Assembly (NCBI GenBank): GCA_003222275.1
Contig: QHVJ01000096.1
Span: forward strand, 1 to 13,075
Direction: 5' to 3'
Origin: Acidobacteriota bacterium
GTDB taxonomy: Bacteria; Acidobacteriota; Vicinamibacteria; Fen-336
Length of the DNA stretch: 13,075 nucleotides
Part shown: positions 1 through 7,945 of the stretch, in pieces
Layout of the letters: each line of letters begins with the position of its first letter
Numbering within the stretch: the stretch's first letter is position 1
The notes under the pieces: generated by a model
Database searches by the model: none
What the model saw: the letters and a program-made list of their open reading frames with translations, nothing else
Told to the model about the DNA's origin: nothing
Translations under genes and position numbers: made by a program

Positions 1-1
1 C

Positions 2-355
2 TCCTTCCTCGGCAAGCGTCCGAGTGTGGTCGAGGCGGGTATCGGCGTCCTGGCCTGCGTCCCCCTGCGCCACGAGGGCCGCATGCTGGGCCTGATCTAC
101 GTGGACGGGCGCCCGCGCAGAGACGGCTTCACTGAAGTGGACCTCGAGATCCTGGACTCCCTGCGGCAGCACGCCGCGATGCTGATCGCCGGCCTTCACC
201 TGGACCGCCGAATTCGCAATCTCTTCCCCAAGCCCGAGCCGGGTGCGGCCGCGGCTGAAAAGGGCCTGCTTCTTCAGCTGGAGCGGCGGCTGGGCAAATC
301 CGTGAAGCTTCGGCTGCCGGGGCCGGGGCCGGGGCCGGGGCCGGAAGAGCGCTGA
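2..355 (+). CDS. GAF-domain protein, C-terminal fragment; the ORF is open to the window start and ends in a PGPGPGPG tail
   Basis: The frame stays open from position 2. 'GRMLGLIYVDGRPRRDGFTEVDLEILDSL' resembles the end of a GAF domain. The true start lies upstream of the window. Confidence 0.55.
   Translation, partial: SFLGKRPSVVEAGIGVLACVPLRHEGRMLGLIYVDGRPRRDGFTEVDLEILDSLRQHAAMLIAGLHLDRRIRNLFPKPEPGAAAAEKGLLLQLERRLGKSVKLRLPGPGPGPGPEER
319..342. repeat. (GGGGCC)x4 hexanucleotide microsatellite inside the 3' end of the GAF-domain gene, encoding PGPGPGPG
   Basis: Four perfect tandem GGGGCC units are read directly at 319-342, flanked by partial units. Confidence 0.8.
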
Positions 356-356
356 G

Positions 357-1799
357 TCAGGCGGCGTCGATGGCGGCGGCCACCCGATGGGCCGACCGCG
401 TGGCGGCCTCCATCCCCCAGTTGAGGTTGTCCGCGTACGCGCCGACGAAGTGGATGCGGCCTTCCGGCTCGATCACGCGCGGCCAGAAGCGGCGGAGCTG
501 GCCCGGACCGTAGCTGACGGGCTCGCAGGCCATGGCCCACGGGTCCTTCGCCCAGTCGATGACGAAGGCCTGCTCGATGTCGTCGGGGCCGCCCGGATAG
601 TAGCGGCGGAACGTGGCCAGCGCGTCGTCGGCGGTCGTGAAGCCGGGGGCGGTGCCCACGATCAACCCGCGCTTCGTCTCCACCTCGTCTCCCATCCGCC
701 ACACGTGCTCGAGCGCCGGCTGGTCGAAGATGATGTTGGGGCTCGTCTTCTGAGCCTCCCAGAAACGCGAGCGCGATTGGAACACGGGACGCGACGCCGT
801 GTAGTAGGGAAAGCCCTGAACCACGTAGGCGCGCTCCTCGGGCCACGCGGGCGTGACCGGCACCTCGCGCAGCTTCACCAGCGACATGGCCGAGACGAGG
901 TAGTCGCCTTCCTCCGTCCGCTCGCGCCCGGCCTCGCGGTACTTCACCTTGACGCCCGTGTCGCCGCGCTCGATCCCGGTCACGGGGCAGCCCAGCCGGA
1001 CCCGCTCGCCGAGCGCCTTCGTGAACGCGTCGGGCAGCGACTGGTTGCCGCCCTCGATCCGGAACACGTGAGGCGGGAACAGCGGCACGCCGCGTAGCTT
1101 GAGCAGCCCCGCGTGCCACACGGACTGGAGCGCCGAGCCGCGCGACCCGATGAGCCCGATGGCGGCGGCCGAGGCGCCGTCCTTCTTCAGCAGGTCGTTG
1201 AAGCTGATCTGGTCCAGGTGGTCGAGGCCCGCGCCGAAGGGCTGGTATTCGTCCTTGAAGCTGTCGAGATAGGGCTTGAAGTAGAGAGAGGCCAGGTTCC
1301 ACCACGGCTCGTGCGACAGGAAGTCCACCTCGCGCTGGTTGAGGCCGAAGCCGGCCAGCACCCTGGGATCGGCGAGCATCTCCTCCGTGTACGGCCGCTC
1401 GTTGATGAGCCGCAGCATGTTTTCACGCCGGTGGTAGGGACGCGCCGTGAGACCGAACTCCGCCACGTGGCCCCAGAAGAGCTCGTAGCCGGGCTTGGTG
1501 AAGTGCTCGGCGCCGCCGTCGACGTAGAGCCCGTCGGCCAGCGGATCGCGGACCGTGCGGACGTGCCCTCCCGTCCGTCCCGCCGCCTCGAGCACGGTCA
1601 CGTCGTGGCCGCGCTTCGTCAGCTCGTGGGCGCAGCAGAGCCCGGCGATGCCGCCGCCGGCGACGATGACCTTCTTGGGACGCCCGGCCCCGGGCGTCTG
1701 GACGCCCGCCTCGGCCGCGGCCCGTCCGACCGGGGAGGCCAGGACGGCCGCTCCCGCCAGCTTCAGCACGTCGCGGCGGCTCATCGCTTCGCGTGGCAT
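357..1799 (-). CDS. flavin-containing amine oxidase / L-amino-acid-oxidase-family protein with a twin-arginine (Tat) signal peptide
   Basis: The 480-aa ORF has the N-terminus 'MSRRDVLKLAGAAVLASP' (RR motif plus hydrophobic stretch). The dinucleotide-binding motif 'KKVIVAGGGIAGLCCAHEL...VTVLEAAGRTGG' follows. A GGAGG Shine-Dalgarno sits upstream at ~1806-1812 on the minus strand. Confidence 0.85.
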   Translation of the reverse strand: MPREAMSRRDVLKLAGAAVLASPVGRAAAEAGVQTPGAGRPKKVIVAGGGIAGLCCAHELTKRGHDVTVLEAAGRTGGHVRTVRDPLADGLYVDGGAEHFTKPGYELFWGHVAEFGLTARPYHRRENMLRLINERPYTEEMLADPRVLAGFGLNQREVDFLSHEPWWNLASLYFKPYLDSFKDEYQPFGAGLDHLDQISFNDLLKKDGASAAAIGLIGSRGSALQSVWHAGLLKLRGVPLFPPHVFRIEGGNQSLPDAFTKALGERVRLGCPVTGIERGDTGVKVKYREAGRERTEEGDYLVSAMSLVKLREVPVTPAWPEERAYVVQGFPYYTASRPVFQSRSRFWEAQKTSPNIIFDQPALEHVWRMGDEVETKRGLIVGTAPGFTTADDALATFRRYYPGGPDDIEQAFVIDWAKDPWAMACEPVSYGPGQLRRFWPRVIEPEGRIHFVGAYADNLNWGMEAATRSAHRVAAAIDAA

Positions 1800-1883
1800 A
1801 GGACGCCTCCTCGCGTCGGGCGGGATTGTAGTCCGGTAAGGACGCCCGCAGCGCGCGCTTAGATAAGGATAGCGGGCGGAGTA

Positions 1884-2606
1884 TTACCGGCGTGAGTCGG
1901 CCAGGGGCCGCCTCCAGAGCTCGTCCTGCGGATCGGATTCACGCTGCCGGCCGCCGGCGGGGCGGCGCGGCGGAATGCGCGTTCCGGAAATCCTGTCCCA
2001 TAGCCCGCTCGTCAACCCGAAACCCTGGGCCGCGCCCCGCGGGCTGTGGTGGTACCAGTGATGGAACCGGATGTACTGGAAGTAGCGGGACCGGAACCGG
2101 CAGAAGTGGACCGAGTAGTGGATCCACTCCTCGAGCACGTAGCTCTGGAGCAGGCCGGCGACCAGCACCGGCGCCTTGTAATAGGGCGTGAGGAGGAAGC
2201 TCACCGCGACGAAGAGCGCCGCGAAGGGGACCGAGTCGAGGTAGCCGTTGATGTACATCCCGTCCCACGGGCGCTGATGATGGTCGGCGTGCATCGTGTC
2301 GAAGAAGGTGTGCGCTCGATGCTTGAAGAATCCCGGCCCGTCCGGGAAGGGCCCGTGGAGGATGAACCGGTGGACGAGGTACTCGAGCAGCGTCCAGGCC
2401 ATCACCCCCAGGGCGAGATAGGCCAGGGCGTAGCCGGGATGGAAGACGAAGGCCGACACCAGCACGGTCGTCGAGTACGCGGTGAACAGGATCGTGACGG
2501 GATAGAAACGCCGCCGCGCCGTGCGGGCCTCGTCCGCGAGCACGATGCCCTCGGGGACAGGGAACAACGGATCAGGAATTCCACTGATCGATTTCAGGAG
2601 TGGCAT
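1884..2606 (-). CDS. fatty-acid hydroxylase / sterol-desaturase-family membrane di-iron protein; start ambiguous (ATG 2606, TTG 2663, or a GTG near 2543 with GAGGG upstream)
   Basis: Histidine-box motifs 'HRFILHG', 'HADHHQRP' and 'HFCRFRSRYFQYIRFHHWYHH' are present. The protein has several hydrophobic segments. It lies between the dehydratase and amine-oxidase genes on the same strand. Confidence 0.8.
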   Translation of the reverse strand: MPLLKSISGIPDPLFPVPEGIVLADEARTARRRFYPVTILFTAYSTTVLVSAFVFHPGYALAYLALGVMAWTLLEYLVHRFILHGPFPDGPGFFKHRAHTFFDTMHADHHQRPWDGMYINGYLDSVPFAALFVAVSFLLTPYYKAPVLVAGLLQSYVLEEWIHYSVHFCRFRSRYFQYIRFHHWYHHSPRGAAQGFGLTSGLWDRISGTRIPPRRPAGGRQRESDPQDELWRRPLADSRR

Positions 2607-2715
2607 AGAAGACTTTAAGCAGATCAGCAAAGGGCCCGCGACGCAAGCGGCAACGGGCGACAAAACCGTAGGCCGTCCCGCGCGGCGCGGACGTGCCTGG
2701 TTCCCCGCGGGCGCT

Positions 2716-4080
2716 TTAAGGCCGGATCACGGTCCCGTCGCGCCGCCGCGTACGGCCCCAGTCATAGTCGAAGTGCGGCGGGCCGGGGGGGAAGGGATAC
2801 CTCGCCGCCGCTTTCTCGTCCACGTCGATGCCGAGCCCCGGAGCCTCGCTCGCCCACAGGGCGCCGTCCCTGACCTCGGGGCAGCCGGGAAACACCTCCC
2901 GCGTCTTCCCTCCGAACCCCGAGCCCTCGTGAATGCCGAAGTTGTGGCTGGCCAGCTCGAGAGCGAGCTGTGCGGCGTGGCCGACGGGCGAGGTGTCGCC
3001 GGGCCCGTGCCAGGCCGTGCGCACGCCGAAGAACTCGCAGAGCGCCCCCAGCTTCCGCGCCATGCTCAAGCCGCCGATCTGCGACACGTGGGCGCGGATG
3101 AAGTCGATGAGGCGGCCGGTCACGAGTGGCACGTACTCGTGCTGGGTGTTGAACAGCTCCCCCATGGCGATGGGCACGCTCGTCTGCTGGCGCAGGATCC
3201 GGAAGTGCTCGTTCTGCTCGGGCGGCAGGGGGTCCTCGATGAAATAGGGACGGTAGCGCTCCAGCTCCTTGCACACCTGCACCGCCTCGGGAAGAGTCAC
3301 CCGCTCGTGCATGTCGTGCAGCAGCTCGACCTCGTCGCCCAGCGCGCCGCGGACGTGCTCGAACAGCTTCGGCAGCAGTCGCACGTACGGCCCCGACTCC
3401 CAGACGCGGGTGGGGTGCGTTGGCCCGTCCAGCTCGCCCTCAGGCGCGCTGGCGCCGCGGACGCCGTAGGTCGCCACGCCCGGAACCGCGACCTGGATGC
3501 GCACGTGGCGGTAGCCCTGCTCGACGGCCCGCCGGGCCTGGTCCGTCACCTCCTGGAAGTCGCGCCCGCTGGCGTGGAAGTAGAGGTCCGCGGCCATCCG
3601 GACCTTGCCTCCGAGGAGCTGGTAGACGGGCATGTTGGCGCGCTTGCCCTTGATGTCCCATAGCGCCTGGTCCACGCCGCTCATCGCGTTGAAGAGGACG
3701 GGCCCGTTCCGCCAGTAGGAGCTGACGTAGGAGGACTGCCAGATGTCCTCGATCTCGTCGGCGTTGCGGCCGAGGAGGAAGGGCTTGAGGTACTGCTCGA
3801 CCGCGGTCTGGACGACGTACGCGCGCTGGGTGAACGTCGCACAACCCAGGCCGTAGAGGCCCGGCTCGCTGGTCGTCACCTTCACCACCACCAGCCGGAT
3901 CCCATCGGGGGCGGTGAGGATCGTCTTGACGTCGGTGATCTTCACCGGCGGGAGGCCCCGGCGCGCGGGGACCGCCTCCTGGGGGAGGACGGAAGCCGAG
4001 AGCCTTCGGGGCGACAAGGCCGCGGCCGCACCAGCCACCGTCCCCCGCGATATCCACTGCAGGACGTCACGCCGATCCAT
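2716..4080 (-). CDS. enolase-superfamily protein of the D-mannonate dehydratase (ManD)/RspA/D-galactonate-dehydratase family, with an N-terminal Tat-like signal
   Basis: 'VKITDVKTILTAPDGIRLVVVKVTTSEPGLYGLGCATFTQRAYVV...IEDIWQSSYVSSYWRNGPVLFNAMSGVDQALWDIKGKRANMPVYQLLGG' closely follows the ManD family N-terminal and barrel pattern. The N-terminus is 'MDRRDVLQWISRGTVAGAAAAL'. A strong SD (GGGGGAGG) lies 7 nt upstream of the ATG at 4080. Confidence 0.85.
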   Translation of the reverse strand: MDRRDVLQWISRGTVAGAAAALSPRRLSASVLPQEAVPARRGLPPVKITDVKTILTAPDGIRLVVVKVTTSEPGLYGLGCATFTQRAYVVQTAVEQYLKPFLLGRNADEIEDIWQSSYVSSYWRNGPVLFNAMSGVDQALWDIKGKRANMPVYQLLGGKVRMAADLYFHASGRDFQEVTDQARRAVEQGYRHVRIQVAVPGVATYGVRGASAPEGELDGPTHPTRVWESGPYVRLLPKLFEHVRGALGDEVELLHDMHERVTLPEAVQVCKELERYRPYFIEDPLPPEQNEHFRILRQQTSVPIAMGELFNTQHEYVPLVTGRLIDFIRAHVSQIGGLSMARKLGALCEFFGVRTAWHGPGDTSPVGHAAQLALELASHNFGIHEGSGFGGKTREVFPGCPEVRDGALWASEAPGLGIDVDEKAAARYPFPPGPPHFDYDWGRTRRRDGTVIRP

Positions 4081-4135
4081 ACCAAGCCTCCCCCGGACGA
4101 GTCGTGCTTCGATCTTCGACGGCGAAGGTGCCAGG

Positions 4136-4621
4136 CTAATTCAGCTTCCGTTTGATCGCCGCTACGGCCTCGCGGGCGCCTTCGTAATCCGGACGGATCT
4201 CGAGCGCCCTCTGGAACTCTTCGAGGGCCTTCGAGAACATGTCGAGGGCTACGTAGGCGCGCCCGAGGTTGAGATGCGGGTAGTGCGGCGCCTCGTAGCG
4301 CCGGGCCCGGGTGGCCTTCTCGAGCCACGGGATAGCCTCGCGGTGCCGCCCCATCTCGATGAGGTAGGCGCCGATGTCGTTGTACGGGTTCCCGAACTCG
4401 GGGTCCACGCCGATCGCCCTCTGGCACTCGGCGATGGCGTCCTCGAGGCGTCCCAGGAACGAGTAGGTCCAGCCCAGGAACGTGTGGGCCTCGGCGGTGG
4501 GATAGGCCTCGGTCGATCGCTGGTAGAGATCGACGGCGAGGTCGAGATCTCCGCGCATCTGGGCGTCGAAGGCCTGCTGGAAGAGCCTGGCGGCGAGCTC
4601 GATGAAGTTGTCGGCGCCCAC
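4136..4621 (-). CDS. TPR-repeat protein (GTG start; the start is uncertain and could be an internal ATG)
   Basis: The ORF shows repeated TPR-like helical motifs (LG..Y...G..E.A......A....P). It lies 55 bp upstream of the dehydratase gene on the same strand. Confidence 0.65.
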   Translation of the reverse strand: MGADNFIELAARLFQQAFDAQMRGDLDLAVDLYQRSTEAYPTAEAHTFLGWTYSFLGRLEDAIAECQRAIGVDPEFGNPYNDIGAYLIEMGRHREAIPWLEKATRARRYEAPHYPHLNLGRAYVALDMFSKALEEFQRALEIRPDYEGAREAVAAIKRKLN

Positions 4622-4672
4622 GGCTCGATCATACTCCGCGCACCTCGACCAACGGGTGATGTACGACGGCCT

Positions 4673-4762
4673 AGTTGACGATTGCGGCGTAGACGAGTGT
4701 CGAGAAGCGTCCGAACAGCTTGTACTCGTCGAACGGAACGTGCTCCACGAGCAGGATCATGA
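4673..4762 (-). CDS. possible small ORF (29 aa, MILLVEHVPFDEYKLFGRFSTLVYAAIVN) with a strong AAGGAG ribosome-binding site; function unknown
   Basis: AAGGAG lies 9 nt upstream of the ATG, which is unusually good for this GC-rich context. The ORF is immediately upstream of the TPR gene on the same strand. Its tail 'LVYAAIV' faintly recalls the C-termini of RelE/YoeB-family toxins. It could also be a chance ORF. Confidence 0.2.
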
Positions 4763-4858
4763 CGATCCGCTCCTTAGAGTCGAGGCGGGCGAGGGTGGTG
4801 GCGGCGCCGTCCCAGGCTTCCTCTTGACAGATGTAGCCTCACGTGGCTGCATTGAGGC

Positions 4859-5146
4859 ATGAGGGCTGTAGGTGTTCGTGAGCTGAAGAACCGTCTGAGC
4901 GAGTATCTCCGCCTGGTGCGGAGCGGGGAGGAGATCCTCGTTACGGACCGCGGTGAGGTGATCGCGGAGTTGCGTCAGCCTATTCCACGCGTCGCACTGC
5001 TCTACCCGGCGCTGCTCGAGGCCTTTCGGCAAGGGCGGGCCCGGGTGGGACTACCCAACCGTCCCGGTCTGTATCCCACCCTGGGTCCCGTGATGCCGCC
5101 CGGCTCGGCGGCCAAGCTCCTCTATGAGGAGCGAGGCGAGCGCTGA
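4859..5146 (+). CDS. Phd/YefM (prevent-host-death)-family type II antitoxin, with a C-terminal extension; no toxin gene follows it
   Basis: The N-terminus 'MRAVGVRELKNRLSEYLRLVRSGEEILVTDRGEVIAELRQP' is the classic Phd/YefM pattern (..ELKN.LSE.L..V..GE...VT..G...A.L). Codon usage has lower GC than neighbouring genes. The downstream 131 bp contains no PIN/RelE-like ORF. Confidence 0.7.
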   Translation: MRAVGVRELKNRLSEYLRLVRSGEEILVTDRGEVIAELRQPIPRVALLYPALLEAFRQGRARVGLPNRPGLYPTLGPVMPPGSAAKLLYEERGER

Positions 5147-5277
5147 TTCTCTACGCGGAATCTCCTTCCGTGGCGGCCGAGCGGCGGTCGTTTCGCGGAT
5201 CTGGTGGAAAGTGCTGACGCTGCGCTTTCCATCACTCGGGCGACACGACGGGGCAAGAGGCAGGAGGCCATAGAATC

Positions 5278-6642
5278 ATGAATTTCAGCAAGAGACAGTT
5301 CATCAAGCGATGCGCGGCGATCCTGGGCGGATCAGCCATGTCACGCATGTTTGGTAGCGCATCAGTCGGCGCGACGTCGGAGAGCGCGCTTGCCAATTGG
5401 GCCGGCAATTACCGGTACAGTACCGACCGTCTGTACCGTGCCAGATCGCTGGAACAAGTTCAGGAGTTCGTCAAGCAGCACCGTCAACTAAAGGTCCTCG
5501 GCACGCGTCATTGCTTCAACGGGATCGCCGACAGCACCCACGATCTCCTCTCCCTCAGGGAGATGGATCAGGTGGTCGCGCTGGACCAGGGATCACGGAC
5601 GGTGACCGTCGAAGCGGGCATGAGCTATGGTCAGTTGTGCCCCTATCTCGATGAGAAGGGCTTTGCCCTGCACAACCTCGCCTCCTTGCCCCATATCTCC
5701 ATTGCGGGAGCGTGCGCCACGGCAACGCATGGCTCGGGCGTCAAGAATGGAAACCTGGCCACAGCAGTTTCCGCCATGGAGATCGTCACCGCTGGCGGCG
5801 AGGTGCTCAAGCTTTCCCGCGATACGGACGGCAGCACGTTTCAGGGGAGCGTCGTCAATCTCGGTGCTCTGGGCGTGGTCACCAAGGTGACGCTGGACGT
5901 TCAGCCCGCCTTCCTGATGCGCCAGGACGTCTATCTGAACCTCCCGACGGCGCAAGTAAAGGACCATTTCGAGGACATCGCTTCCGCCGGCTATAGCGTG
6001 AGCCTCTTCACCGATTGGCAGAAGGGGCGGATGAACGAAGTCTGGATAAAGCGTCGCGTCGACAAGGGGGTGACCCTGGCCGCCAAGCCGGAGTTCTATG
6101 GGGCAACACTCGCCACCAGGAACCTCCACCCGATCGTCGAGCTCTCCGCGGAAAACTGTACGGAACAGATGGGTGTCCCTGGCCCGTGGTATGAGCGATT
6201 GCCTCACTTCCGCATGGGTTTCACGCCAAGCAGCGGGAAGGAGTTGCAGTCCGAGTACTTCGTTCCCCGCCGGAACGCCGTCGAAGCCATTCTCGCGGTC
6301 GAGCGATTGCGCGACCACGTGAGCCCTCACTTGATGATTTCAGAACTGCGCACGATCGATGCGGACCAGCTGTGGATGAGTCCCTGTTACAACCAGCCCA
6401 GTCTCGCCATCCACTTCACGTGGAAACAGGACTGGGAGTCGGTCAGGAAGGTGCTACCGATGATCGAACGGGAACTGGCGCCCTTCAAGGTCCGACCGCA
6501 CTGGGGAAAGTTGTTCACGCTGGCCCCCGCGCAACTGCAACTGCGCTACGAGAGGTGTGGCGAATTCAAGCGGCTGGTGAAGCAGTATGACCCGCAGGAT
6601 AAGTTCCGCAACGAGTTCCTGGCCGCGAATCTCTACAGCTGA
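5278..6642 (+). CDS. FAD-linked oxidase of the vanillyl-alcohol-oxidase fold, D-arabinono-1,4-lactone oxidase/L-gulonolactone oxidase/alditol-oxidase subfamily, with a Tat-like (KR-variant) signal
   Basis: 'NWAGNYRYSTDRLYRARSLEQVQEFV...LKVLGTRHCFNGIADS' matches the FAD_binding_4 N-terminus of GULO/ALO/xylitol oxidases. The C-terminal 'HWGK' ALO-domain motif is present. The N-terminus is 'MNFSKRQFIKRCAAILGGSAMS...ALA'. AGGAGG sits upstream. GC content and codon usage (AGA, AAT, TTC) are clearly below the window average. Confidence 0.88.
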   Translation: MNFSKRQFIKRCAAILGGSAMSRMFGSASVGATSESALANWAGNYRYSTDRLYRARSLEQVQEFVKQHRQLKVLGTRHCFNGIADSTHDLLSLREMDQVVALDQGSRTVTVEAGMSYGQLCPYLDEKGFALHNLASLPHISIAGACATATHGSGVKNGNLATAVSAMEIVTAGGEVLKLSRDTDGSTFQGSVVNLGALGVVTKVTLDVQPAFLMRQDVYLNLPTAQVKDHFEDIASAGYSVSLFTDWQKGRMNEVWIKRRVDKGVTLAAKPEFYGATLATRNLHPIVELSAENCTEQMGVPGPWYERLPHFRMGFTPSSGKELQSEYFVPRRNAVEAILAVERLRDHVSPHLMISELRTIDADQLWMSPCYNQPSLAIHFTWKQDWESVRKVLPMIERELAPFKVRPHWGKLFTLAPAQLQLRYERCGEFKRLVKQYDPQDKFRNEFLAANLYS

Positions 6643-6797
6643 CCTTTGCCTTTCACCATCGCCGCAAACAAGCTGGCCATGCAACCGGAGGCCCCGCCGC
6701 TACCGGATTTGCGAGAAGCAGTCCGGAAAATCGACGGCCGCGTCCGTCAAATGGTCAGCAGGGCCAGAAAGCCGGCGGTGATAGGTGGTGAAGCTCC

Positions 6798-7718
6798 ATG
6801 TTCGTCACGTGTCGTTCTTGCGCCAAGCGCTTTTCGGATCGGGCGCCGGCCTGCCCCTTCTGTGGAGCGTCGCCACCGAAAGCGCGGCTGGACGCGCCCG
6901 GCAGCGTTGGGAGCGTCCCGACCGCTATCGGACGGCCTCCCGACCGCACAGACCGCGTCCGGCCTGATCCGAGTTTTCATCTCAGTGCCGGCAGCGTGCT
7001 GGCACGGACCTTCCGCCTGTGGGCGACAAACTTCCTCGCCCTGTCCGTCCTCGGAGCGCTTATCCACTCGCCAGCGATTGCGGCTTGGACACTGATCGCC
7101 GTCATTGGTGGCCATGACCCGGAACGACGGAACATCTTCAGCAGTGTCGCGAACCTACTCGGGCTGATCCTGAACCTGATACTGGAAGGAGCCGTCACCT
7201 ACTCCGTTTTCGGGCAGATCCGCGGTTCGCCTGTCCCTGTCGGAGTCGCGTTGCGCATCGGCCTGTCGCGCGCTAATGCTGTGCTGGGGGCAATTCTTCT
7301 CGTGGGATTAGTCATGCTTCCCGCCTGTGTCTGTTTGATCGTGCCCGGTCTCATCCTCGCAACGTGGTACTGGGTCGCGGTCCCGGTGGCGGTTATCGAG
7401 TCGCCCGGATCACGGGCCGCCCTCACGCGCAGCAAGGAGCTCACGCAGGGCGACCGGTGGCCGGTCTTCGCGTGCATGAGTTACCTCGGGATGATGCGAT
7501 TGGCGGGCTTCGCGGTCATCGTCGCCGGCGTACGCGCGGCGGGCGGGCCCGCAGTGTTCGAAAGGGTCACCGGTTCGCGAGGTGCTTCGATGCAACTGAC
7601 CCCTGGCGCAAAGGGCGTCGTGGAGCTTCTGACCATTCCGCTGCTTACGTTGGGAGTGATCGGGGCAACCGTCGCGTACCACGACCTCCGCTTCGGAAAG
7701 GAGGGAACTACCGCGTGA
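6798..7718 (+). CDS. membrane protein with an N-terminal zinc ribbon (CxxC...CxxC) followed by about six transmembrane segments; function unknown
   Basis: 'CRSCAKRFSDRAPACPFC' is followed by long hydrophobic stretches. The stop TGA at 7716-7718 overlaps the GTG of the next small ORF. Confidence 0.65.
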   Translation: MFVTCRSCAKRFSDRAPACPFCGASPPKARLDAPGSVGSVPTAIGRPPDRTDRVRPDPSFHLSAGSVLARTFRLWATNFLALSVLGALIHSPAIAAWTLIAVIGGHDPERRNIFSSVANLLGLILNLILEGAVTYSVFGQIRGSPVPVGVALRIGLSRANAVLGAILLVGLVMLPACVCLIVPGLILATWYWVAVPVAVIESPGSRAALTRSKELTQGDRWPVFACMSYLGMMRLAGFAVIVAGVRAAGGPAVFERVTGSRGASMQLTPGAKGVVELLTIPLLTLGVIGATVAYHDLRFGKEGTTA

Positions 7719-7945
7719 GCCTTGAACATCGTCCTGCTTGTGGCGCCCGGCGGATGTTGTTGGACGGTGAAGGTGGAGACGTCGACGTGACCGAGGGTCT
7801 GCGGTGGCTAAATGCGGCGGCAGTGCAGGACGAACCCCAGGCGCTCCGGCACCTTGGGTTACCCCGCGGGCGACACCCAAGAACTGCCCGGAAGCAAGTC
7901 ATTGAATCATTGGAGCCGGCGCTCGGGATTGAACCGAGGACCTGA
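7715..7945 (+). pseudogene. Sel1-like repeat gene remnant (one repeat); its 3' end reads into the tRNA-Thr fragment
   Basis: 'GEGGDVDVTEGLRWLNAAAVQDEPQALRHLG' fits the Sel1 repeat consensus. The ORF has a GTG start overlapping the upstream stop (GTGA). Its last ~11 codons are encoded by the tRNA-derived sequence. Confidence 0.25.

Noticed and set aside
274-1305. Long minus-strand ORF (343 aa), with the plus-strand ORFs 387-1097 and 1113-1862 overlapping the amine-oxidase gene
   Set aside because: The translations are Arg/Pro/Gly-rich low-complexity sequence, typical of off-frame reading in high-GC DNA. The real gene in this span (357-1799, minus) has clear FAD-oxidase motifs.
2521-4057. Plus-strand ORF 2521-3663 (380 aa) and minus-strand ORFs 2762-3274 and 3440-4057 overlapping the dehydratase gene
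   Set aside because: These are antisense or alternate-frame products with an Arg/Ala/Pro-rich composition and no domain signatures. The ManD-like frame accounts for the region.
5147-5277. Short frame 'LILYAESPSVAAERRSFRGSGGKC' downstream of the antitoxin as a VapC/PIN toxin
   Set aside because: It is only 24 codons, with no ATG or GTG start and no acidic PIN residues (D..E..D..D). It is too short and featureless to call.
6646-7095. 149-aa plus-strand ORF overlapping the start of the membrane-protein gene
   Set aside because: It is in a different frame from the clearly hydrophobic zinc-ribbon membrane protein. It is Arg/Pro/Ser-rich and has no RBS.
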